Shown here: positions 26,310-32,000 of the stretch, piece after piece
How the letters are laid out: each line of letters opens with the position of its first letter
Position numbering within the stretch: the first letter of the stretch is position 1
Notes under the pieces: model-generated
What the model was told of the DNA's origin: nothing
Databases searched by the model: none
The model's input: only the letters and a program-made list of their open reading frames with translations
Program-made: the position numbers and the translations under genes
Assembly: GCF_001306055.1 (NCBI RefSeq)
Contig: NZ_LGHJ01000017.1
Span: forward strand, 150,001 to 182,000
Length of the DNA stretch: 32,000 nucleotides
Origin: Bellilinea caldifistulae
Lineage (GTDB): Bacteria; Chloroflexota; Anaerolineae; Anaerolineales; Anaerolineaceae
Reading direction: 5' to 3'

Positions 26310-27791
26310 TCAAGCCGTTTCGCAGATGAGATTTTCCACGATTTTTGACGAGGAAAGCACGCCCGGCAAACCAGCACCCGGGTGAGTGCCTGCCCCGACG
26401 AAGTAGAGATTATCAAACTCTTCCGAGCGATTGTGCGGGCGGAACCAGGCTGACTGGGTCAAAATGGGTTCAACCGAAAAAGCCGAACCGAGATAACTGT
26501 TCAGGGTATCCCGAAAATGGAGCGGGTCAATATAATGTTCGGCAACAATGTTGGCGCGCAGATCAGGCAGGTAATTCTTCTCCAAAAACTCAATAATTCG
26601 GTCACGGTACGGTCGGGCTTGTTTGGACCAGTCAATGCCCGAGCCGAGGTGTGGTACCGGTGAAAGCACATAAAAAGCTTCCATGCCCTCCGGGGCCATG
26701 CTGGGATCGGTCAGCGTGGGCATGTGCAGGTAAAGCGAAAAATCATCTGCCAGAATCTTTTTGTTGAAAATATCGTCCAGCAGCGGTTTGTAGCGGCTGC
26801 TCAAGATGATATTGTGGTGTGCCAGGCGGGAGTCCAGATAGCGCCGTTTGGTGCCAAAGTAAATCACGAACAACGACATGGAATAGCGCATCCGTTCAAT
26901 CCGACGGTTGGTGTATTTTTTCCGGTAAACTTCCGGAATCATGTAGCGGTAAGTGCTGGCCACATCTGCATTGGAAACCACCATGTCCGCAGGGTGAAAT
27001 TCACCGTTCCGCAGCCGAATACCGGTCACCTTGCGATTTTGAACGGTGATTTCGGCAACATCTGCATTCAGATGGATTTTTCCGCCCAGTTCGACAAACA
27101 GACGACCGAGGGCATCCACAATTGCGCCGGTTCCGCCGATGGCGTAATGAATGCCCCACTGGCGTTCAAGATAGTGAATTAACGCGTAAATGCTGGTCGT
27201 ATCAAATGGATTGCCCCCAATCAGTAGAGGATGAAAAGAAAAGACCTGTCTGAGAAAATCATTCTTTACAAATTGAGACACGTATTGATAAACGGTTTTG
27301 TAAGATTGCAACCGAATCAAATCCGGGGCAATTTTGAGCATATCGGTGAATTTGAGGAACGGCTTGTCAGCCAGTTCCACAAACCCTTTTTGAAAAATCG
27401 CTTTGGTGGTTTCAATGAAGCGCTGGTAACCCTCCTTGTCCTCCGGATTCCACAGGTCAATTTGAGATAGGATGAACTGCGGGTCACCGTTGTAATCAAA
27501 GCACTTTCCCTCGTGGTTGAAAATGCGATAAAAGGGATTAACCGGCACCATCTGGAAGTAATCTTCCCGCCGTCTGCCGGCCATTTCGAAAATCTCATCA
27601 AACATGAAGGGTGCGGTGATAACCGTCGGACCACCGTCAAACTTAAACCCGTTAATTTCGTACACGTAGGCTCTGCCCCCCAATTTGTCGCGCTTCTCGA
27701 AGATTTCAACATCAAAGCCGTGAGCGGCCAGTCTGACTGCTGCGCCCAGCCCCCCAAAGCCAGAACCGATCACAATAATTTTTTTGGACAT
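26310..27791 (-). CDS. crtI: Phytoene desaturase (bacterial CrtI type)
   Basis: [41 protein letters not shown] (FAD dinucleotide fold), and the C-terminal [24 protein letters not shown]. Confidence 0.92.
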   Translation of the reverse strand: MSKKIIVIGSGFGGLGAAVRLAAHGFDVEIFEKRDKLGGRAYVYEINGFKFDGGPTVITAPFMFDEIFEMAGRRREDYFQMVPVNPFYRIFNHEGKCFDYNGDPQFILSQIDLWNPEDKEGYQRFIETTKAIFQKGFVELADKPFLKFTDMLKIAPDLIRLQSYKTVYQYVSQFVKNDFLRQVFSFHPLLIGGNPFDTTSIYALIHYLERQWGIHYAIGGTGAIVDALGRLFVELGGKIHLNADVAEITVQNRKVTGIRLRNGEFHPADMVVSNADVASTYRYMIPEVYRKKYTNRRIERMRYSMSLFVIYFGTKRRYLDSRLAHHNIILSSRYKPLLDDIFNKKILADDFSLYLHMPTLTDPSMAPEGMEAFYVLSPVPHLGSGIDWSKQARPYRDRIIEFLEKNYLPDLRANIVAEHYIDPLHFRDTLNSYLGSAFSVEPILTQSAWFRPHNRSEEFDNLYFVGAGTHPGAGLPGVLSSSKIVENLICETA

Positions 27792-27885
27792 ATTCCCTCC
27801 AGAAGATTTGGTATGCGAAAATGGGATCGCACGGATATGTTTGATTTTGACACAAATCCACCCTCAGGACAAACGATTGTACAAA

Positions 27886-29409
27886 CTATGTAGAATGCGA
27901 CATGTCTCGTTTCAGATGAATGATGGTTTTCGCCTTCCGCCGTTCAGCGTAATAATCCACCACCTGACGGGCAACCCGGATCGCCCCCAGAGTAACCCCG
28001 GCAGTGGACTGCCCCGGAAAAATCGAATCGCCAACCAGCCAGATGTTGGGAATGCCCGTCCACGACCCACGGGCAGCCAGCAGAGAAGTTTGCGGAAATC
28101 CTCCAACCATACCGTAGGGGCGGCGGGTGTAAAATGCAAACGTTCGCGGTGTGCCCGGCAGACACAAGCGCACCGCCCGGCGGATACCCGGCAGCGCCAT
28201 TTCGGCCGTCGCCAGCATTTTTTCCGTATAGAATTGCCGCTTTTCTTCATACGCCGAACGGTCGTCAAACCACCAATCCTCAACAGGGGTATGGGTTGAG
28301 AGCGTGGCTGCCCGCATCCCTGGGGGAGCTCGCAGGGGGTCATCTTCCGGCGAAAGCGAGATGAAGACCGAGTTTCCATCCCCCAGAGGCCGGTTGACAT
28401 CCACAATAACCTGAAAGTGATCGGTGGGTAAATTGTTCAGGAAAGACCGTTCCAGGCCCAGATACAGGGTGAATGCTCCCCAGCCCTTGGGTCGCGATTG
28501 CATCTCATCTTGTAAGCGTCGGGGAAGATGCTCACCCAGCACTTCGGCAAGTCCCCACGGCGTCAGATTGGCAACCACGCCATCGGCTTCTACTTCAAGT
28601 CCTTTGCGGGTTTTCACCCGAATCCAACCGTCTTCTCCGAGTTGGATTCGCTCAACCTGTTGGCGATAATACAGCCTTGCGCCGTTGTCGGTCAGCCATT
28701 TCGTAAGAGTCCCGGCAAGCTGCCCAATGCCGCCCCGCACGTGATTCACCCCCCTGCGCGGCAGATCGAGCGCTGCGCTGCCATAAAGCGCATTGGCAAA
28801 TGGTGAGGTGGTCTGTGCCGAGATCAACAATTGCGAATCCACAAAAACCTTCAGGCGTTGACTGGCACGACGCGGCATTAAATGACCAATGGTCAGCAGA
28901 CCAAACGGAGCCGCCAGCAGGGTTGTTGGCCGCAGCGCAGCCGCCAGTCGTCCAAGTTCCTGCAAGGACTGGGGAGGATATGGAAAATCACGCGCCGAAA
29001 CCTGCCAGGCCTGTTCAGCCAGCCATTCCTGTATTCTCCAAAACGCACCGCTTTCGGGAAAGTTTTGCGCAATTTCCTCCCGCCACCGCTCTCGATCAGC
29101 CCACTGAAAAACTGGCTTTCCCTCAATCAGGGTTACCCAGGCCGGGTTAACTGGCTGAACTGGCCAGGTGATACCCAGCATTTGTCCAATTCGTTCGTGC
29201 GGGCCGCCCGGGGCGAACCCGCCCGCCAGTGTCGCGCCGGCATCGAAACGGTAGCCTTGATGGTAAAAAGTTCCTGCCGAACCACCCGGGTAAACATGGG
29301 CTTCAAACACCGTTACCTGTAAACCGACCTTGACCAGTAAAGCCGCAGCTGTCAGACCCCCGACACCTGCACCCACCACGACAATGTGCGGGTCTTGACG
29401 GGTTTTCAT
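27886..29409 (-). CDS. CrtI-family FAD-dependent carotenoid oxidoreductase (CrtD/CrtH/ketolase-like; the exact reaction is not assignable)
   Basis: HIVVVGAGVGGLTAAALLVKVGLQVTVFEAHVYPGGSAGTF, and the C-terminal NIWLVGDSIFPGQSTAGVTLGAIRVA. ATG 29409 (MKTRQDPH) overlaps the upstream stop as ATGA; the ORF opens at 29508. Confidence 0.8.
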   Translation of the reverse strand: MKTRQDPHIVVVGAGVGGLTAAALLVKVGLQVTVFEAHVYPGGSAGTFYHQGYRFDAGATLAGGFAPGGPHERIGQMLGITWPVQPVNPAWVTLIEGKPVFQWADRERWREEIAQNFPESGAFWRIQEWLAEQAWQVSARDFPYPPQSLQELGRLAAALRPTTLLAAPFGLLTIGHLMPRRASQRLKVFVDSQLLISAQTTSPFANALYGSAALDLPRRGVNHVRGGIGQLAGTLTKWLTDNGARLYYRQQVERIQLGEDGWIRVKTRKGLEVEADGVVANLTPWGLAEVLGEHLPRRLQDEMQSRPKGWGAFTLYLGLERSFLNNLPTDHFQVIVDVNRPLGDGNSVFISLSPEDDPLRAPPGMRAATLSTHTPVEDWWFDDRSAYEEKRQFYTEKMLATAEMALPGIRRAVRLCLPGTPRTFAFYTRRPYGMVGGFPQTSLLAARGSWTGIPNIWLVGDSIFPGQSTAGVTLGAIRVARQVVDYYAERRKAKTIIHLKRDMSHST

Positions 29410-29867
29410 GAAGCCCGTTTCCTCCGTTCCAGGATCCATCGTGTGATTTGACTGCGGTAGAAGAACAACAACCGCAGGGCAATCGGTGAATAAACCAGGC
29501 GGGTCCACCAGCCGGCGATGCCCGGCGGATATTCAAATTCGATTTCTTCTCTGATCAGCGTCCTTTCAGGTTGAAGCGCCTTGAAGGAATGGCGGTGCTG
29601 CCAGAATCGCAGCGGGCCTTTGACCATCGTATCGGTAAATCCACTCAGGAAATCCACCCGGCTATGAACCGCCCGCCAGCGTACCGGGAAGGGCCCAAAC
29701 CACAAGGTAAACTCCGCCACCGAGCCTTCCGCTATTGGCTCAAGGTGGTGAAACTGCACCCAGATTGGCGGTGGAGTCAGCCAGCGCAAAGCGCGTGTAT
29801 CGCGGTGAAACTCGGCAACCGCTGATTGGGAAGCACCCACCTCAAATTGATAGCGGAAGTGGCGCAT
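29406..29867 (-). CDS. SRPBCC (START/Bet v1-like, cyclase/dehydrase-type) hydrophobic-ligand-binding protein, putative, with a C-terminal hydrophobic helix
   Basis: 153 aa; MRHFRYQFEVGASQSAVAEFHRD...FTLWFGPFPVRWRAVH...GPLRFWQHRHSF. The fold call is from the sequence pattern only. The tail is WWTRLVYSPIALRLLFFY. Confidence 0.5.
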   Translation of the reverse strand: MRHFRYQFEVGASQSAVAEFHRDTRALRWLTPPPIWVQFHHLEPIAEGSVAEFTLWFGPFPVRWRAVHSRVDFLSGFTDTMVKGPLRFWQHRHSFKALQPERTLIREEIEFEYPPGIAGWWTRLVYSPIALRLLFFYRSQITRWILERRKRAS

Positions 29868-29877
29868 GAACCGATCC

Positions 29878-31086
29878 TCATCGGATTGGGGGCGTTACCA
29901 CTGCCGCCAGTTGTGCCGGGCGGTAAACATAACGGTAAACGTAAGTTGCCAGCCAGAACAGGAGCAGCGCTGAAAACACACCCGGCGCCCAGGTACCTAT
30001 GGTATCCAGCATTAAACCCGCCAGCGTGGGTGAAAAGACGCGTGTAAGGCTCTCCAGTGATGCCGATAACCCCAGCGTACCACCCACCTCCAACGGGGTA
30101 ACCGATTTGCTGATGGCGCTGTTGATGACCGTGTTCAGCACGCCTCCCCCCAGAGCAATGGGAATTAAGTCCAGCAACAGGGTGGGAATGGTGGAGACCA
30201 GCGCCCACCCCAGCAAACCGATCGCCATCAACACGGTGGCTGAGAAAATCAGGAACGGCTCGCTGAACCGGCGGGTCAAACGCCCAATCAGGAAGCCCTG
30301 CACAAAAGCCGAAAGGAAACCAACATAAGTCAGCAGGTAACCGGTTGTCTGGGCGGTCAGATTCAGCCGCTGCAAGCCCCACAGCGCAAAAATCGTTTGG
30401 AAGGTAGAAAACGCGATCGCAAAGAAGAAACGAGTATGCAGCAGAGGCCCTACCACTGGCTTACGCAGGGTGGAAAGCAAGGCTTGCAAGGTAAACGGCG
30501 GACGTTTGCCCCGTGCCATAGTCGCACGGCGTTCAGCCGTCAGTGATTCGGGCAGCCAGAAAAACACCATCACGAAGTTGACTGCCGAAAGCACGGCGGC
30601 AGCAAATGAAGGCACCGCAAAGCCAAACCGGCTGAGCAATCCGCCGATGGCCGGGCCGAGAATGAAACCCAGTCCAAAAGCCGCCCCAATCAACCCCAGC
30701 CCACGGGCGCGGTTGCTCTCATCGGTCACATCGGTAATATAGGCCTGGGCTACACTGATATTACTGCCGATAATCCCCGCCAGGATGCGGGCAGCGAAAA
30801 GCATCCACAGGTTAGCTGCCAGCCCCAGCAGAACAAAGCTGAGGATATTCCCCGCCAGACTGATCAATAAAACCGGACGGCGTCCAAACCGATCCGAAAG
30901 GCGGCCAAAAATCGGGGCTGCCAGGAATTGCGCCAGCGCGTAAACCGCCACCAGCAAGCCAATTTCAAAAGAACTGGCATTGAACTGCTTGGCATAGTAA
31001 GGAAGCAGGGGCAAAATCAGACTGAAACCCAGCAAGTCAATAAAAATGATCACAAATACGGTTGAAAGTGCCTTGTTCTTGAACAT
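29878..31086 (-). CDS. Major facilitator superfamily transporter (DHA1/TetA-like)
   Basis: 12 TM helices and motif A, GRLSDRFGRRPVLL, between TM2 and TM3. AAGGAG SD sequence upstream of the ATG. Confidence 0.9.
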   Translation of the reverse strand: MFKNKALSTVFVIIFIDLLGFSLILPLLPYYAKQFNASSFEIGLLVAVYALAQFLAAPIFGRLSDRFGRRPVLLISLAGNILSFVLLGLAANLWMLFAARILAGIIGSNISVAQAYITDVTDESNRARGLGLIGAAFGLGFILGPAIGGLLSRFGFAVPSFAAAVLSAVNFVMVFFWLPESLTAERRATMARGKRPPFTLQALLSTLRKPVVGPLLHTRFFFAIAFSTFQTIFALWGLQRLNLTAQTTGYLLTYVGFLSAFVQGFLIGRLTRRFSEPFLIFSATVLMAIGLLGWALVSTIPTLLLDLIPIALGGGVLNTVINSAISKSVTPLEVGGTLGLSASLESLTRVFSPTLAGLMLDTIGTWAPGVFSALLLFWLATYVYRYVYRPAQLAAVVTPPIR

Positions 31087-31109
31087 AAAAAACTCCTTGC
31101 TACAAAATT

Positions 31110-31140
31110 GCGCCTGATTTGAAATCAGGCGCGTGTTAAA
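31110..31140 (-). terminator. Intrinsic terminator or attenuator between the carH-like gene and the MFS gene
   Basis: gcgcctgat / atcaggcgc, a 9-bp stem (31110-31118 / 31124-31132). Read on the - strand it is followed by AATTTTGT. Confidence 0.45.
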
Positions 31141-31166
31141 CCAAAATGAAAAAGTGCCGTTTCAGA

Positions 31167-32000
31167 TTAATCACCGACCATTAATTGCTCAATGCGCGCC
31201 ACAATTTCGGCCGGCGTACCGTTGAGATAGACCGCCGGAATTTCCTCCGGCAGCTGATGATCCAGAAAAGCCCGGCCGCCCAGCACCACGATTGGCTGCG
31301 GATCGGGGAATTGTTTTAGGATGTGGGGCAACTGGCTCAATTGAACTGCCGAATCCCTGCGTGTGGCGGTGAACAACAAAAGACGCGGTCTGAGTGGGAG
31401 CAACGCCTCTTCAAGGCGATCTAACGGTAGATCCTGCCCAAAGTACTTGACATCCCACCCGCGCCAGCGCAACATCACGACCAGCATGAGCAAGCCAATC
31501 TGGTGCAGTTCCCCCGGGGCGCAGGCGGCAACTATCACACCCGGGCGAGCCGGCGGCGCAGAAGCCGAGAGCATACTCATCAGGTACTGCATACAGAACT
31601 GAGTGGCATAATGCTCCACCGCAATCGGCAATTCGCCGCGGTGCCAGCGTTCTCCCAATTCAACCAGCACCGGGGTAATGATGTGCACCAGCACCTGATC
31701 CACCGAATACAACGAGAACGAACGCCGTAAAATTTCTGTGGCAGACTCCTCGTTGAAATTGATTAAGGCATTCAAAAACTGGTGGGAAAGCGCCTCCAAA
31801 GAGGCCGAGCGCTCCGGCTGAACGACCGTCTGCTCGGCGAGAGGGTCTTTCCCCATTGCACGCAATTCATTGAGGTACTCGACCGCCCGTCCAATGCTCA
31901 TGCCAGCATCCACGTGGCGCTTCAACCATTGCAACAGGCGCAGATCATATTCCGAGTACAGGCGGTAACCCTGATCACCCCGCGAAGGGCGTGGCAAACC
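31167..32000 (-). CDS. carH: MerR-family, B12-binding light-responsive transcriptional regulator (CarH/LitR type); the N-terminus lies outside the window
   Basis: MerR wing: RGDQGYRLYSEYDLRLLQWLK. Wx9EH motif: W118-HRGELPIAV-E128-H129 (nt 31611-31646). Cobalamin motif: GELHQIG (E-x-H-x-x-G, nt 31494-31511), followed by VVLGG. Confidence 0.85.
   Translation of the reverse strand, partial: GLPRPSRGDQGYRLYSEYDLRLLQWLKRHVDAGMSIGRAVEYLNELRAMGKDPLAEQTVVQPERSASLEALSHQFLNALINFNEESATEILRRSFSLYSVDQVLVHIITPVLVELGERWHRGELPIAVEHYATQFCMQYLMSMLSASAPPARPGVIVAACAPGELHQIGLLMLVVMLRWRGWDVKYFGQDLPLDRLEEALLPLRPRLLLFTATRRDSAVQLSQLPHILKQFPDPQPIVVLGGRAFLDHQLPEEIPAVYLNGTPAEIVARIEQLMVGD

Noticed and set aside
29777-30382. 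A 201-aa ORF on the same strand as the MFS gene but in another frame.
   Set aside because: It overlaps the well-supported MFS and SRPBCC genes, and its composition is low-complexity (G/A/P/R-rich).
1-32000. CRISPR arrays, tRNA/rRNA genes, IS elements, integrases and prophage remnants.
   Set aside because: I saw no repeat-spacer periodicity, no cloverleaf-like or rRNA-like segments in the short intergenic regions, and no transposase/integrase-like translations in the ORF track. The only repeat of note is the 8-bp triplet at 11537-11560.

Overview
About 27 protein-coding genes, with no rRNA, tRNA, CRISPR array or recognisable transposase/integrase. GC content and protein motifs suggest a Chloroflexota-like bacterium, but this is unverified. 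There are four blocks. (1) 1-9.9 kb, + strand: a surface-glycan/EPS locus with an acetyltransferase tail, two GT4 glycosyltransferases, a DUF218/YdcF-like protein, a FemAB-like GNAT, a Cys-rich unknown, an unusual 709-aa sugar-transferase fusion, and an NDP-amino-deoxyhexose cassette (SDR, nucleotidyltransferase, DegT aminotransferase). (2) 10.0-12.1 kb: a secreted M23 peptidase (Ig-like, FN3 and PPC domains) split by a frameshift exactly at a 3-copy 8-bp tandem repeat. (3) 12.2-20.5 kb: mostly housekeeping (small ORF, icd, lipA, pfk), plus a GT-C-type polytopic membrane protein and an 830-aa HerA/YjgR-like P-loop NTPase. (4) 20.6-32 kb: a light/UV-response supercluster. On the + strand a class I CPD photolyase, a Rieske non-heme-iron oxygenase and an FeS-BCP-type (6-4) photolyase are joined by two ATGA overlaps. 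On the - strand a CarH/LitR-type MerR-B12 photoreceptor regulator (runs off the window) is followed by MFS, SRPBCC, a CrtD-like gene, crtI, crtB and plsY. The best candidates for undescribed biology are three. First, the fusion at 4900-7029: phosphoglycosyl-transferase domain, then TM helices, then a Rossmann-like domain, then a degenerate GGDEF domain (GENEF with an intact RxxD I-site, and Asn replacing the catalytic Asp of the PGT DE dyad). It looks like a c-di-GMP-sensing, possibly pseudo-enzymatic, EPS control protein. Second, the Rieske oxygenase translationally coupled between two photolyases. Third, the uncharacterised MFS/SRPBCC pair embedded in the CarH-linked carotenoid operon. All family assignments come from motif recognition by eye; no database search was run.
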